The notes beneath the pieces are model-generated. The model had not been told where the DNA came from. It did not search any database and saw nothing but the letters and a program-made list of their open reading frames with translations. A stretch of 64,000 bases of DNA, from NCBI GenBank assembly GCA_002104905.1, contig MCFE01000181.1, positions 77,447 through 141,446 on the forward strand. Direction: 5' to 3'. This DNA comes from Basidiobolus meristosporus CBS 931.73. Its lineage: Eukaryota; Fungi; Basidiobolomycota. Positions 25,288 through 38,988 of this stretch are shown here, in pieces (the stretch's first letter is position 1; each line of letters starts with the position of its first letter). Both the position numbers and the translations under genes were made by a program.

Positions 25288-28200
25288 CTAAAGTTGAGAG
25301 GGTTCTCCTGAATCTCTTTTCTTGTGATACCAATATCTTGCTGGTTCAGTATTATCAGCAAGTCTTGCACGCTTGAGTCTGTCCCTATGCACTAAGTCAT
25401 CCCAGATATTACCTTGTTTGTCCACCAGTTGGTAAGTTGCAAATGGACATTCTCTGATGATCTTGAATGGTCCTGTCCATTGTGGCTCAAACTTCTGCCA
25501 AGTGTTGTTTCTTAGCAATACAAAGTTCCCAACTGTCAATACTTCTGGTGCTATAGTCTTATCAAATCTCTGCTTCATCTTTTCTGCACTTTGAGATACT
25601 TTGGTCTGTGCCTCTTGACATATTGGTTCCAGTTGCTGGTGTCTACTTGGCTGACTGAGTTCATCTTCTAAGGTGTCTGTAAGCTTTGGTTGTGTGAGAT
25701 CTCCTGGAATTCTTGGTTCACATCCATAAGCTAAGTAAAATGGTGATTGCTGGGTGGTGTTGTGTACTCTGACTCTGCATGCAAAGAGTGCTTGGTCTAT
25801 ATACTCATCCCATCTACTGACAACTCCATTTGCATACTTGGTCAGCATTTTTCCAAATAATCCATTAAACCGCTCAGTGACTCCATTAGTTCAGGGGTGA
25901 TATGCCGAGGTTTTCAAGTGTCTGATCTGCTGCATTTCCAGGCAAGCCTCTAATGTCTTTGCCATAAAGTTTGCACCTCTATTGGATAAGATCTCCACAG
26001 GGCATCCAAACTTCATCAGGATCTCATGGTAAATGAAACTTGCAACTTCTTGTTCACTGGCTATTGGTAAAGCTTTAGCAACTGGCCATTTAGTGGCATG
26101 GTCAATAGCTACTAGGATCCAATGGTTGCATTTCCTGGTAGTTGGCAGTCTTTCAATAAAGTCAATTCCCCATCTCTCAAATGGTCTTGCAGGCTCCAAA
26201 GAGAAGTGTTCGGCAATTCTTTGTGGCTGGCTTTGATTGATTTGGCAGTTTGGGCATGTTTTCACTAGCTTCTCAATATCTTGTTTTATTCTGGGCCACT
26301 ATGCTCTGGCTTTCACAAGGCTATAGGTTCCTTCAATCCCAAGATGTCCATATCCATTGTGTAGCTTATGTATTAAATCCAGGCGAGCAACATAAGGACA
26401 ATAGGCAATAGGGCTTCCATCAACAATTTGGTAGAGTGTTTCATCCTGTACAACAAATTTGCTGGCTTCATCACGGATTATCTTCTTGATATCTTCATCC
26501 ACCTCATTAGGAATGGCTTGGTCCTCCAAGTACTTTGGTAATAGGCTAGGCCAATCTGATTCATGCCCCAAGTTGAGTTGTACAACTTGATCTAATCTTG
26601 ATAAGGCATCAGCAGCCGTGTTGGTTTTTCCAGGGCAGTAGACAATCTCCAAGTCAAATTGCTGAATGTATTCACTCCATCTTGTCATTCTTCTAGAGAG
26701 TACCTTCTGAGTAAATATATAGTTGAGGGAGGCATGATCAGTCTTCACAGTGCATTTGGCTCCTTCAATATAGCATCTCAATGTCTTCAAACAGTGTATT
26801 ATAGCAAGCATCTCCTTCTCATGGACTGGATAGTTTTGTTCTGCTGAGTTCAGTTTCTTGGATTCAAAGGCAACAGGGTAGTCCTTTCCCTTGTGTTCTT
26901 GGCTCAGCACTCCACCAATTGCATAATCTGAAGCATCTGTGCACAGAGTGAACTCTTTTCTGAAGTCTGGTATTCTTAGGCTTGGCAGCTTAGCAAGTTC
27001 ATTCTTGAGCATCTGGAAGGCAGTCTCACAAGCTATGTCCCACTTGTAGGTATTGTCTTTCTTGAGGATATCAGTTAAAGGGGCTGCAATACTTGCAAAA
27101 GACTTGACAAATCTCCAATATTAGGGAACCATTCCAAGGAATGATCTGAGTACTGGTATGCTATGGGGCTGCTTCAAATTCTTGATAACTTCCGCCTTCT
27201 TTGGGTCTAAGGTTACTCCTGTGCTAGTCACTATGTGTCCCAGGTATTCAACGTGCTCCTTGAAGAGTTCACACTTGGCTAGCTTGCCATATAGCTTGTT
27301 CTCTCTTAGTTTCTTCAAGACCTTTTCAGTGTGCACTACGTGATCCTCTCTGTCTTGCTGTATATCAATATGTCATCCAGGTAGATTATTACAAACTTCT
27401 CTAAGTACTCCTGAAAGAGAGTCTGCATCAGTGTCATGAATGTTGCAGGGGCATTGGTGAGGCCAAAACTCATGACTAAGTACTTGTAATGTCCATATCT
27501 GGTCCTGAATGCTGTCTTGGGGATGTCTTCTGGCTTCACCCTAATCTGGTTGTATCATGACATGAGGTCAATCTTGCTGAAAATAGTGGCTCCATTAAGT
27601 TGGTCTAAAAGCTCATCAATCCAAGGTATGGGGTACTTATTCTTGACGGTAACTGAGTTCAGGGCTCTGTAGTCAATGCACATCCTAAGTGTTCCATCCT
27701 TTTTTTTCACAAAAAGCACTGGTGCTCCCCAGGGTAACTTGCTGGGCCTGATGTATCCTTGCTCCAATAGCTGATCAATTTGTCTCTTCATTTCCTCCAA
27801 TTCTAATGGACTCATTCTGTAAGGTGTCTTGCTCACTGGAGGGCTATCTCCTGTGTCAATGGCATGTTCCACGTCTCTGACTGGTGGTAGACTTAAAAGC
27901 TCATCTGGGAACACGTCTGAATATTTCTTCAAGAGAGTCTGGACCTGCTGGGGTGCTGGGGTAGAGGAATCCTCCTGTAATACCGCCATGAGGAACATCT
28001 TGGTACCTTTTCTAAGTGCTCTACAGAACTGGGTCTTGCTAAGTTCACTTCTCTCACACACACTGGAATTGACCAAGTTGAAATCCAGCATGGCAGGTAA
28101 TAGCTCATAGGTCTTGTTGTCTTTTTGGATCTGAGTAGCATGGGTTCTCCAGTTGATTGATGGATTACAACAAAATAGCCAGATTTTTCCAAGTACAAGG

Positions 28201-29327
28201 TCAGACTTGCAGTTCCCAAATATATAAGCCTGTAGGTCTTCTTCATAGTCATTGATCTTCATTCTTATTGGCTGGGTAATACGGTTGATTATGTGGGAGT
28301 TCCCATCAGCTGTGGAAACTGAAGGTGATTTGGTAGGTTCCGAGTTGATTCCAGCTTTCAAAGCAAATTGCTCTGACATGTACTCATGCAATGCTCCTGA
28401 GTCAATCATGATCTTGGCAGGTACTCCATTGATTACTCCATTCAAGTACAATAACTTCCCTGAGTTTGAAGTCATTTGAGACAAGTACTCTTCTGTCATA
28501 TGGAAGGTGAGTTCCAAGTCTTCTTCAAGCTCATCTTCCACATTACTGTGTTCATGGGACTCAATATGGTTGAAGGTTCTTGTTGGCTGGTGTCCATTTC
28601 TTCTCTGAGGGCAGTACTTTGCAATATGTCCCTGCTGGTGGCAATTGAAGCAAAGTCCTCTCTTCTTGCATTCTTCTGAGGAGGGATTCTTCTGCATAGC
28701 GTCTATATCCATTGGTACTGCTTCTGATTGTCTTCTTTCATAATGATTATAGCCTTTCTGATTAGCCACTGTAGGCTTCCCCACTCCAAACATAGCTGAG
28801 TCATAGTCAATGGCAATTTTGATGGCTTCTTCAATAGTCTGAGGTCTTTGGTAATTGACTTCCTTGCAAGTTCTTTCTTTCAACCCATCAATAAAGTATT
28901 CAACTTGATCCAAGGGGTCCATTCTTTCAATTTGTCCTAGTAGACATCTGTACTCATAGATGTATTCTTGCACCATTCCTTTCTGTCTGAGTGTCTTTAA
29001 CTTCCTTCTTAGTAGTGTCTGCTGGTGTGGAGGTTCAAAAGCATCCTGAACTTCTGACACAAACTCATCCCAGGTAGAGATTGTAGAGCATCCCATCATA
29101 GTAGCTGACCTGATCTTGTTGTGGTACCACTGTAAGGCTGCATCTGCCAGGTAAGAAGCTGCATAATGCAACTTGCTCTCTGGAGCAATTCCTTTAGCTT
29201 TAAAAGCTTCTTCAATCTGAAATAGCCAAGTTCCCAGGTTTTCATTGACTCTGCCATGGTACCAGTTGACCTTCACACTAAAGTTGCTCTTGACAGGGCT
29301 TTGCTGGCTCTGAGCCATGGTAGTCAT
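25288..29327 (-). pseudogene. gag-pol: gag-pol of gypsy family 2, broken by four stops and one frameshift
   Basis: ORF pieces 27555-29327, 27336-27539, 27121-27336, 26299-27012, 25891-26265 and 25288-25848 are collinear with the 1283-aa ORF at 34527. Confidence 0.93.
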
Positions 29328-29478
29328 TCCTTGTTGCTGTTGGCTGAGGATCTGGAGTAGCTGTTGCTATTGGGCCAGGATTTGCGGCATGGCATTCTTC
29401 CATTCTTGATTGTCCGACATCTTGAGGGTGGTTTCTTCTTTCTTCAGGAGGGAGGTTTCTGGTTATCGCTGCTACCAA

Positions 29479-29846
29479 TGTTACAAGTCTTGGTATAAGA
29501 GTTGTAGAGGAATAGGGAGTTTAGCTAGTATTGTATTCACTAAAACTTGAACTGATTTTTATTGAGGTTCCAGTAGCTCCTTATATACATTTTGCCAGAT
29601 CAATTGCTGACTAATTGTATTTCCTAATGTAGGTTGTGGCTGATGACTCATTTGATTGCATCATCATCACCCAATAAGATCCTACTTAATATATCTATTT
29701 CTGTCTGATAAGGATCTGCTGATTCATTTGCTGACTAATGCTACTGATTTCATAGATAATACTGATACACTGATAACCTAAACATATACTAATTGATTTG
29801 ACTAAAAACTGATCTAACTTAAACATTCAAGCGGCAGATCATAACA
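29479..29846 (-). repeat. 5' LTR, gypsy family 2 (minus copy)
   Basis: Near-identical to 24910-25277; adjacent PBS TGGTAGCAGCG on the minus strand. Confidence 0.95.
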
Positions 29847-32800
29847 CTACTTGGCTGACTGAGTTCATCTTCTAAAGTGTCTGTAATCTTTGGTTGTGGG
29901 ATATCTCCTGGACTTCTTGGTTCATATCTATACACTAAGTAAAATGGTGATTGTTGGGTGGTGTTGTCTACTCTAGCTCTGCATGCAAAAAGTGCTTGGT
30001 GTATATAATCATCCCATCTACTAACAGCACCACTTGCATACTTGGTCAGCATTTTCCCAAATAATCCATTAAACCATGCAGTGACCCCATTAGTTCTAGG
30101 GTGATATGTTATGTTTTTCTAGTGTCCAATTTGCTGCATTTCAGGTAAGCTTCTAATGACTTTGCCATAAAGTTTGCTCCTCTATTGGTTAGAATCTTTA
30201 CAGGGCATCCAGACTTCATAAGGATCTCATGGTAGATAAAATTTGCAACTTCTTGTTCACTGGCTACAGCTACTGCTTTAGCCACTAGCCATTTTGCGGC
30301 ATGGTCAATTGCTACTAGGATCCACGGTTGCATTTCCTGGCAGTTGGCAGTCTTCCAATAAAGTCAATTTCCCATCTTTCAAATGGTCTTACTGGCTCCA
30401 AGGGAAAGGGTCTGGTAATCCTCTGTGGTTAGCATTGGTTGATCTGGCAATTTGGGCATGTTTTTACTAGCTTCTAAATGTCTTGTTTCATTCTGGGCCA
30501 ACATGCTCTGGCTTTCACAAGGCTATAGGTTCCTTCAATTCCAGGATGTCCATATCCACTGTGTAGCTTATGCATTAAATCCAGGTGAGCAACAACAGGG
30601 CAATAGGCAATAGGGCTTCCATCAACAATTTGGTAGAGTGTTTCATCCTGTACCACAAATTTGCTGGCTTCATCCTGGAATATCTTCTTGATCTCTTCAT
30701 CCACCTCATTAGTAATGGCTTGGTCCTCCAAGTACTTTAGTAATAAGCTAGGCCAGTCTGAATCATGCACCAAGTTAAGTTGTGCAACTTGTCCTAATTT
30801 TGATAAGGCATCAGCAATTGTGTTATTTTCCCAGGGTAGTAGACAATCTCCAAATCAAATTGCTGAATGTATTCACCCCTTCTGGTCATTCTTCTGGGGA
30901 ATACCTTCTGAGTAAATATATACTTGAGGGGGGCATGAGCAGTCTTCACTGTGTATTTCACTCCTTCAATACAGCATCTCCATGTCTTCAAGCAGTGTAT
31001 TATAGCAAGCATCTCCTTCTCATGCACTGGATATTTTTTTTCTGCTGAGTTCAGTTTCTTGGATTCAAAGGCAACTGGGTAGTCCTTTTCCTTGTGTTGT
31101 TGGCTCAACACTCCACAGATTGCATAATCTGAAGCATCTGTGCACAGAGTAAACACTTTTCTGAAGTCAGGTATTCTTAAGCTTGGCAGCTTATCAGGTT
31201 CATTCTTGAGCATCTGGAAGGCAGACTCACAAGCTATGTCCCAATTGTAGGTATTGTCTTTCTTGAGGATATCAGTTAAAGGGGCGCAATACTTGCAAAG
31301 AACTTGACAAATCTCCAATAATAGGAAACCATTTCTAGGAATGATCTGAGCTCCAATGTGCTATGGGGCTGCCTCAGATTCTTAATAACTTCAACCTTCT
31401 TAGTGTCTAAAGTCACTTCTGAGTTGGTCACTATGTGTCCCAGACATTCAATGTGTTCCTTGAAGAGCTCACACTTGGCTAGCTTGCCATAAAGTTTCTT
31501 CTCTCTTAGCTTCTTCAAGACCTTTTCAATGTGCACCATGTGATCCTCTTCTGTCTTGCTGTATATCAATATGTCATCTAGGTAGATTATCACAAACTTG
31601 TCCAAGTACTCCTAGAAGACAGTATGCATAAGGGTCCTGAATGTTGCAGGGGAATTGGTGAGGCCAAAACTCATGAATAAGCCCTTGTAATGTCCAAATC
31701 TGGTCCTGAGTGCTGCCTTAAGGATGTCCTGTTGCTTGACCCTGATCTGGTTGTATCCTGACATGAGGTCAATCATGCTGAGAATTGTGGCTCCATTAAG
31801 TTGGTCAAAAAGCTCATCAATCTGAGGTATTCATATTCTTCATAGTAGCTGAGTTGAGAGCTCTGTAGACACTACACATCCTAAGTGTTCCATCCTTCTT
31901 CTTCATAAAAAGTACTGGTGCTCCCCAAGGTGACTTGCAGGGTCTGATAGATCCTTGTTCCAATAACTGATCTATTTGTCTCTTCATCTCTTCCAACTCC
32001 AGTGGACTCATTCTGTAAGGGGTCTTACTCACTGAAGGGCAATCTCCTGTGTTAATGGCATGATCCATGTCTCTGACTGGTGGTAGGCTTACAAGTTCAT
32101 CTGAAATATGTCTGAATATTCCTTCAAAAGAGTCTGGACTTTCTGGGGTACTGAAGTAGAGGAATCCTCCTGTGACACTGCCATGACAAACATCTGGGTG
32201 CCTTCTCTTAGTGCTCTACATAACTGTGTCTGGCTAAGTTCACTTGTTTTACACACCCTGGAATTAACCAAGTTGAAATCCAGCCTGGCAGGTAATAACG
32301 CTTAGGTCTTGTTGTCCTTCAGGATCCAAGTAGCATGGGTTCTCTGGTTGATTGATGGATTACAACAAAATAGCCAGGTTTTTCCATGTAAAAGGTCAAA
32401 CTTGCAGTTCCCAAGTACATAAGCCTGTAGGTCTTCTTCATAGTCATTGATCTTCATGCTTACTGGCTGAGTAATATGGTTAATTATGTGAGATTTCCCA
32501 TCAGCTATTGAAACTGAAGTTGATTTGGTGGGTTACAAGTTAATTCCTGTTTTCAAAGCAAATTGCTCTGATATGTACTCATGCAATGCTCCTGAAACAA
32601 CCATGATCTTGGCAGGTACCCCATTGATTACCCCATTCAAATATAATAGCTTTCCTGAGTTTGAAGTCATCTGCAATAGGTATTCTTCTATCATATGGAA
32701 GGTGAGCTCTGAGTCTTCTTCAAGTTCATCTTCCACATTACTTTGCTCAAGGGCCTCAATATGGCTGAAGGTTCTTGATGGCTGGTGTCCATTTCTTCTC

Positions 32801-32871
32801 TGAGGGTAGTACTTTGCAATATGTCCCTGTTGGTGGCAATGGAAGCAAAGTCCTTGCTTGTTACATTCTTC

Positions 32872-33239
32872 TGCTGAAATACTGGACTATTGGTATCATT
32901 CTGCAGCTAAAAATTTACTTAACAATTCTGGACTAGTCTTGGTCACTGTGGGACTAATTTACAGCTCTAACTTTGCCGCTTTCTTCAGATCTATGATCTC
33001 AAGATAATTCCCCTATAGTCATGATCAAATTAGCACTAATACTAACTATTATGTACTAACCCTGAAACTGTTACAGAATGCTCCTGAATATTGATAAACC
33101 CTCCTTACTTAGTGTTACAGCTGTATAACTTCTACAAAGGTATAAATACTGAGCTTCTTTATTAATAAACAACAGTTCAACTATTATCACTATTTCTTGA
33201 TAAGTTCCTTATATCCAAATCACTTCTTAAATTGCAACA
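32872..33239. repeat. Solo LTR, 368-bp orphan family, 5-bp TSD TCTTC, inserted in the old gypsy gag
   Basis: TGCTGAAAT...ATTGCAACA; TCTTC at 32867-32871 and 33240-33244. Confidence 0.9.
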
Positions 33240-34007
33240 TCTTCTAAGGTGGGATTAATCTGCATAGCATCTATTTCCATTGGCACTGCTTCTGATTGTC
33301 ATCCTTCATAATGCTCGTAGCCTCTTTGATTGATCATTGTGGGCTTCCCAACTCCAAACATAGCTGAGTTGTAGTCAATGGCAATCTTGATGGCTTCTTC
33401 AATAGTGTTGGGTCTCTTATAAGTCACTTCCTTGCAAGTTCTTTCTTTCAACCCATCAATAAAGTATTTCACTGGATCAAGTGGGTCCATTCTTTCAATT
33501 TGTCCAAGTAGACATCTATATTCATAGATGTACTTTTAAGCTATTCCTTTCTGTCTGAGTGTCTTCAACTTTCTTATTAGTAATGTCTGCTAGTGTGGAG
33601 GTTCAAAAGCATCATGAATTTCCAACACAAACTCATGACAGGTAGAGATTGTAGGGCATCCTATCATGGTGGCTGACTTGATCTTGTTGTTGTACCATTT
33701 TAAAGCTGCATCTGCCAGGTAAGAGGCTGCATAATGTAACTTGCTTTCTGAAGCAATTCCCTTAGCCTTAAAAGCTTTTTCAATCTGAAAGAGCCAAGTT
33801 CCCAGGTTTTCATTGACTCCACCATGGTACCAGTTGACCTTCATACCAAAGTTGCTCTTGACAGGGTTTTGCTGGCTTTGGACCATGGTAGTCATTCCCT
33901 ATTGCTGCTGGCTAAGGATCTAGAGTAACTGTTGCTGTTGGGCCAGGAATAGCTGCATAGCATTTGTCCATTCTTGATTTTTGGACATCATGAGGGAGAC
34001 TTCTTCT

Positions 34008-34375
34008 TGTTATGACCTGCTGCTTGAATGTTTAAGTTAGATCAGTTTTTAGTCAAATCAATTAGTATATGTTTAGGTTATCAGTATATCAGTATTATCT
34101 ATGGAATTAGTAGCATTAGTCAGCAAATGAATCAGCAGATCCTTATCAGACAGAAATAGATATATTAAGTAGGATCTTATTGGGTGATGATGATGCAATC
34201 AAATGAGTCATCAGCTACAACCTACATTAGGAAATACAATTAGTCAGCAATTGATCTGGCAAAATGTATATAAGGAGCTGCTGGAACCTCAATAAAAATT
34301 GGTTCAAGTTTCAGTGAATACAATACTAGCTAAACTCCCTATTCCTCTACAACTCTTATACCAAGACTTGTAACA
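34008..34375 (+). repeat. 5' LTR, gypsy family 2 (plus copy)
   Basis: TGTTATGA...TTGTAACA; TATATAA and AATAAA boxes near 34267 and 34291. Confidence 0.95.
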
Positions 34376-34376
34376 T

Positions 34377-34387
34377 TGGTAGCAGCA
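34377..34387 (+). other. Primer-binding site, complementary to the 3' end of initiator tRNA-Met
   Basis: TGGTAGCAGC(A/G) one base after the LTR. Eukaryotic tRNAiMet 3' ends give TGGTAGC... PBS sequences. Confidence 0.75.
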
Positions 34388-34526
34388 ATAACCAAAAACC
34401 TCCCTCCAGAACAAAGAAGAAACCACCCTCAAGATGTTGGACAATCAAGAATGGAAGAATGCCATGCAGCAAATCCTGGCCCAATAGCAACAGTTACTCT
34501 GGATCCTCAGCCGACAGCAACAAGGA

Positions 34527-37500
34527 ATGACTACCATGGCTCAGAGACAGCAAAGCCCTGTCAAGAGCAACTTTAGTGTGAAGGTCAACTGGTACCATGG
34601 CAGAGTCAATGAAAACCTGGGAACTTGGCTCTTTCTGATTGAAGAAGCTTTTAAAGCTAAAGGAATTGCTCCAGAGAGCAAGTTGCATTATGCAGCTTCT
34701 TACCTGGTAGATGCAGCTTTACAGTGGTACCACAACAAGATCAGGTCAGCTACTATGATGGGATGCTCTACAATCTCTATCTGGAATGAGTTTGTGTCAG
34801 AAATTCAGGATGCTTTTGAACCTCCACACCAGCAGACACTACTAAGAAGGAAGTTAAAGACACTCAGACAGAAAGGAATGGTGCAAGAATACATCTATGA
34901 GTACAGATGTCTACTTGGACAAATTGAAAGAATGGACCCCTTGGATCAAGTTGAATACTTTATTGATGGGTTGAAAGAAAGAACTCGCAAGGAAGTCAAT
35001 TACCAAAGACCTCAGACTATTGAAGAAGCCATCAAAATTGCCATTGACTATGACTCAGCTATGTTTGGAGTTGGGAAGCCTACAGTGACTTATCAGAAAG
35101 GCTATAATCATTATGAAAGAAGACAATCAGAAGCAGTACCAATGGAAATTGATGCTATGCAGAAGAATCCTTCCTCAGAAGAATGCAAGAAGGGAGGACT
35201 TTGCTTCAATTGCCACCAGCAGGGACATATTGCAAAGTACTGCCCTCAGAGAAGAAATGGACACCAGCCAACAAGAACCTTCAGCCATATTGAGTCCTGT
35301 GAACACAGTAATGTGGAAGATGAGCTTGAAGAAGACTTGGAGCTCACCTTCCATGTGACAGAAGAGTACTTGTCCCAAATGACTTCAAACTCAGGGAAGT
35401 TATTGTACTTGAATGGAGTAATCAATGGAGTGCCTGCCAAGATCATGATTGACTCAGGAGCATCACATGAGTACATGTCAGAGCAATTTGCTTTGAAAGC
35501 TGGAATCAACTCTGAACCTACCAAATCAACTTCAGTCTCCACAGCTGATGGGAACTCCCACATAATCAACCGTATTACCCAGCCAGTAAGAATGAAGATC
35601 AATGACTATGAAGAAGACTTACAGGCTTATATATTTGGGAACTGCAAGTTTGACCTTGTACTTGGAAAAACCTGGCTATTTTGTTGTAATCCAACAATCT
35701 ACTGGAGAACCCATGCTACTCAGATCCAAAAAGACAATAAGACCTATGAGCTATTACCTGCCAGGCTGGATTTCAACTTGGTCAATTCCAGTGTGTGTGA
35801 GACAAGTGAACTTAGCAAGACCCAGTTCTGTAGAGCACTTAGAAAAGGTACCAAGATGTTCCTCATCGCGGTATTACAGGAGGATTCCTCTACCTCAGCA
35901 CCCCAGCAGGTCCAGACTCTCTTGAAGAAATATTCAGATGTGTTTCCAGATGAGCTTGTAAGCCTACCACCAGTCAGAGACGTGGATCATGCCATTGACA
36001 CAGGAGAGAGCCCTCCAGTGAGCAAGACACCTTACAGAATGAGTCCATTAGAATTGGAGGAAATGAAGAGACAAATTGATCAGCTACTGGAGCAAGGATA
36101 CATCAGGACCAGCAAGTCACCCTGGGGAGCACCAGTGCTTTTTGTGAAAAAGAAGGATGGAACACTTAGGATGTGCATTGACTACAGAGCCCTGAACTCA
36201 GTTACCATCAAGAATAAGTACCCCATACCTCAGATTGATGAGCTTTTGGACCAACTTAATCGAGCCACTATTTTCAGCAGGATTGACCTCATGTCAGGAT
36301 ACAACCAAATTGGGGTGAGACCAGAAGATATTCCTAAGACAGCATTTAGGACCAGATATGGACATTACAAGTACTTAGTCATGAGTTTTGGCCTCACTAA
36401 TGCCCCTGCAACATTCATGACACTGATGCTGACTGTCTTTCAGGAGTACTTAGACAAGTTTGTGATAATCTACCTGGATGACATAGTGATATACAGCAAG
36501 ACAGAAGAGGATCACATAGTGCACACTGAAAAGGTCTTGAAGAAACTAAGAGAGAACAAGCTATATGGCATGCTAGCCAAGTGTGAATTTTTCAAGGAAC
36601 ATGTCGAATACCTGGGACACATAGTGACTAGCACAGGAGTGACCTTAGATCCCAAGAAGGTTGAAGTTATCAAGAATTTGAAGCAGCCCCATAGGATATC
36701 AGAACTCAGATCCTTCCTTGGAATGGTTCCCTATTATCAGAGATTTGTCAAGTCATTTGCAAATATTGCAGCCCCATTAACTGATATCCTCAAGAAAGAC
36801 AATACCTACAAGTGGGACATAGCTTGTGAGACTGCCTTCCAGTTGCTCAAGAATGAACTTGCTAAGCTGCCAAGCCTAAGAATACCAGACTTCAGAAAAG
36901 AGTTCACTCTGTGCACAGATGCTTCAGATTATGCAATTGGTGGAGTGCTGAGCCAAGAACACAAGGGAAAGGACTACCCTGTTGCCTTTGAATCCAAGAA
37001 ACTGAACTCAGCAGAACAAAGCTATCCAGTCCATGAGAAGGAGATGCTTGCTATAATACACTGTTTGAAGACATGGAGATGCTATATTGAAGGAGTCAAA
37101 TGCACTGTGAAGACTGATCATGCCTCCCTCAACTATATATTTACTGAGAAGGTACTCTCTAGAAGAATGACAAGATGGAGTGAATACATTCAGCAATTTG
37201 ACTTGGAGATTGTCTACTGCCCTGGTAAAACCAACACGGTTGCTGATGCCTTATCAAGATTAGATCAAGTTGCACAACTCAACTTGGTGCATGAATCAGA
37301 TTGGCCTAGCCTATTACCAAAGTACTTGGAGGACCAAGCCATTCCTAATGAGGTGGATGAAGATATCAAGAAGATAATCCATGATGAAGCCAGCAAATTT
37401 GTTGTACAGGATGAAACACTCTACCAAATTGTTGATGGAAGCCCTATTGCCTATTGTCCTTATGTTGCTCGCCTGGATTTAATACATAAGCTACACAATG

Positions 37501-38378
37501 GATATGGACATCTTGGGATTGAAGGAACCTATAGCCTTGTGAAAGCCAGAGCATGGTGGCCCAGAATGAAACAAGATATTGAGAAGCTAGTGAAAACATG
37601 CCCAAACTGCCAAATCAAACAAGGCCAGCCACAAAGAATTGCCAAACTCTTCCCTTTGGAGCCTGTAAGACCACTTGAGAGATGGGGAATTGACTTTATT
37701 GGAAGACTGCCAACTACCAGGAAATGCAACCATTGGATCCTAGTAGCAATTGACCATGCCTCTAAATGGCCAGTTGCTAAAGCTGTACCAATAGCCAGTG
37801 AACAAGAAGTTGCAAGTTTCATTTACCATGAGATCCTGATGAGCTTTGGATGCCCTGTGGAGATCTTATCTGATAGAGGAGCAAACTTTATGGCAAAGAC
37901 ATTAGAGGCTTACCTGGAAATGCAGCAGATCAGACACTTGAAAACCTCAGCATATCACCCCAGAACTAATGGAGTCACTGAGCGGTTTAATGGATTATTT
38001 GGAAAAATGCTGACCAAGTATGCAAATGGAGTTGTCAGTAGATGGGATGAGTATATAGACCAAGCACTCTTTGCATGCAGAGTCAGAATACACAACACCA
38101 CCCAGCAATCACCATTTTACTTAGTGTATGGATGTGGACCAAGGATTCCAGGAGATCTCACACAACCCAAGCTTATAGATGCTTTAGAAGATGAACTTAG
38201 TCAGCCAAGTAGACACCAGCAACTGGAACAAAGACGTCAAGAGGCACAGACCAAAGTATCTCAAAGTGCAGAAAAGATGAAGCAGAGATTTGATAAGACT
38301 ATAGCACCAGAAGCATTGACAGTTGGGAACTTTGTATTGCTAAGAAACAACACTTGGAAGAAGTTTGAGCCACAATGA
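34527..38378 (+). CDS. gag-pol: Ty3/gypsy gag-pol polyprotein (1283 aa); premature TGA at 38376, natural stop at 38565-38567
   Basis: Gag with [14 protein letters not shown] knuckle, protease [10 protein letters not shown] with YLDD, RNase [13 protein letters not shown], integrase H-x-H-C-C and WGIDFIG...LSDRG...TERFN. The minus copy reads TGG (Trp) where this copy has TGA. No chromodomain seen. Confidence 0.95.
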   Translation: MTTMAQRQQSPVKSNFSVKVNWYHGRVNENLGTWLFLIEEAFKAKGIAPESKLHYAASYLVDAALQWYHNKIRSATMMGCSTISIWNEFVSEIQDAFEPPHQQTLLRRKLKTLRQKGMVQEYIYEYRCLLGQIERMDPLDQVEYFIDGLKERTRKEVNYQRPQTIEEAIKIAIDYDSAMFGVGKPTVTYQKGYNHYERRQSEAVPMEIDAMQKNPSSEECKKGGLCFNCHQQGHIAKYCPQRRNGHQPTRTFSHIESCEHSNVEDELEEDLELTFHVTEEYLSQMTSNSGKLLYLNGVINGVPAKIMIDSGASHEYMSEQFALKAGINSEPTKSTSVSTADGNSHIINRITQPVRMKINDYEEDLQAYIFGNCKFDLVLGKTWLFCCNPTIYWRTHATQIQKDNKTYELLPARLDFNLVNSSVCETSELSKTQFCRALRKGTKMFLIAVLQEDSSTSAPQQVQTLLKKYSDVFPDELVSLPPVRDVDHAIDTGESPPVSKTPYRMSPLELEEMKRQIDQLLEQGYIRTSKSPWGAPVLFVKKKDGTLRMCIDYRALNSVTIKNKYPIPQIDELLDQLNRATIFSRIDLMSGYNQIGVRPEDIPKTAFRTRYGHYKYLVMSFGLTNAPATFMTLMLTVFQEYLDKFVIIYLDDIVIYSKTEEDHIVHTEKVLKKLRENKLYGMLAKCEFFKEHVEYLGHIVTSTGVTLDPKKVEVIKNLKQPHRISELRSFLGMVPYYQRFVKSFANIAAPLTDILKKDNTYKWDIACETAFQLLKNELAKLPSLRIPDFRKEFTLCTDASDYAIGGVLSQEHKGKDYPVAFESKKLNSAEQSYPVHEKEMLAIIHCLKTWRCYIEGVKCTVKTDHASLNYIFTEKVLSRRMTRWSEYIQQFDLEIVYCPGKTNTVADALSRLDQVAQLNLVHESDWPSLLPKYLEDQAIPNEVDEDIKKIIHDEASKFVVQDETLYQIVDGSPIAYCPYVARLDLIHKLHNGYGHLGIEGTYSLVKARAWWPRMKQDIEKLVKTCPNCQIKQGQPQRIAKLFPLEPVRPLERWGIDFIGRLPTTRKCNHWILVAIDHASKWPVAKAVPIASEQEVASFIYHEILMSFGCPVEILSDRGANFMAKTLEAYLEMQQIRHLKTSAYHPRTNGVTERFNGLFGKMLTKYANGVVSRWDEYIDQALFACRVRIHNTTQQSPFYLVYGCGPRIPGDLTQPKLIDALEDELSQPSRHQQLEQRRQEAQTKVSQSAEKMKQRFDKTIAPEALTVGNFVLLRNNTWKKFEPQ

Positions 38379-38577
38379 ACAGGACCATTCAAGATCATCA
38401 GAGAATATCCATTTGCAACTTACCAACTGGTGGACAAACAAGGCAATATCCAGGAAGACTTAGTGCATAGGGACAGACTCAAGCTTGCAAGACTTGCTGA
38501 TAACACTGAACCATCAAGATATTGGTATCACAAGAAAAGAGATTCAGGAGAACCCTCTCAACTTTAGTAGGGGAGAA

Positions 38578-38945
38578 TGTTATGATCTGCTGCTTGAATG
38601 TTTAAGTTAGATCAGTTTTTAGTCAAATCAATTTGTATATGTTTAGGTTATCAGTATATCAGTATTACCTATGGAATCAGTAGTATTAGTCAGCAAATGA
38701 ATCAGCAGATCCTTATCAGACAGAAATAGATATATTAAGTAGGATCTTATTGGGTGATGATGATGCAATCAAATGAGTCATCAGCCACAACCTACATTAG
38801 GAAATACAATTAGTCAGCAATTGATCTGGCAAAATGTTTATAAGGAGCTGCTGGAACCTCAATAAAAATCAGTTCAAGTTTTAGTGAATACAATACTAGC
38901 TAAACTTCCTATTCCTCTACAACTCTTATACCAAGACTTGTAACA
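38578..38945 (+). repeat. 3' LTR, gypsy family 2 (plus copy)
   Basis: Matches 34008-34375; preceded by the PPT. Confidence 0.95.
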
Positions 38946-38988
38946 TTCTTTCCTTAGGAGAGAGGTTTCTGGTTACTGCTGCTTTCAA

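Larger units (their letters stand above)
24910..29846 (-). mobile_element. Full-length Ty3/gypsy family 2 element, 368-bp LTRs, 4-bp TSD CTAC
   Basis: LTRs at 24910-25277 and 29479-29846 (2 differences by eye). PBS at 29467-29477; PPT next to 25278. CTAC at 24906-24909 and 29847-29850. Confidence 0.96.
34008..38945 (+). mobile_element. Full-length Ty3/gypsy family 2 element, 368-bp LTRs, 4-bp TSD TTCT
   Basis: LTRs at 34008-34375 and 38578-38945 (about 11 differences by eye). PBS at 34377-34387; PPT AGGGGAGAA at 38569-38577. TTCT at 34004-34007 and 38946-38949; the empty site is visible near 29435. Confidence 0.96.

Noticed and set aside
34527-38567. Chromodomain at the integrase C-terminus (also checked at 61600-61752)
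   Set aside because: Both ORFs end shortly after the GPF/GPY module with no chromodomain-like aromatic motif.
25288-38567. Classical Neurospora-type CpA RIP as the cause of the stop codons
   Set aside because: The stops arise from mixed changes (GGA>TGA, TAT>TAA, AGA>TGA, TGG>TAG/TGA), long ORFs rich in CAA/CAG codons remain open, and the clear signal in the window is at CpG.
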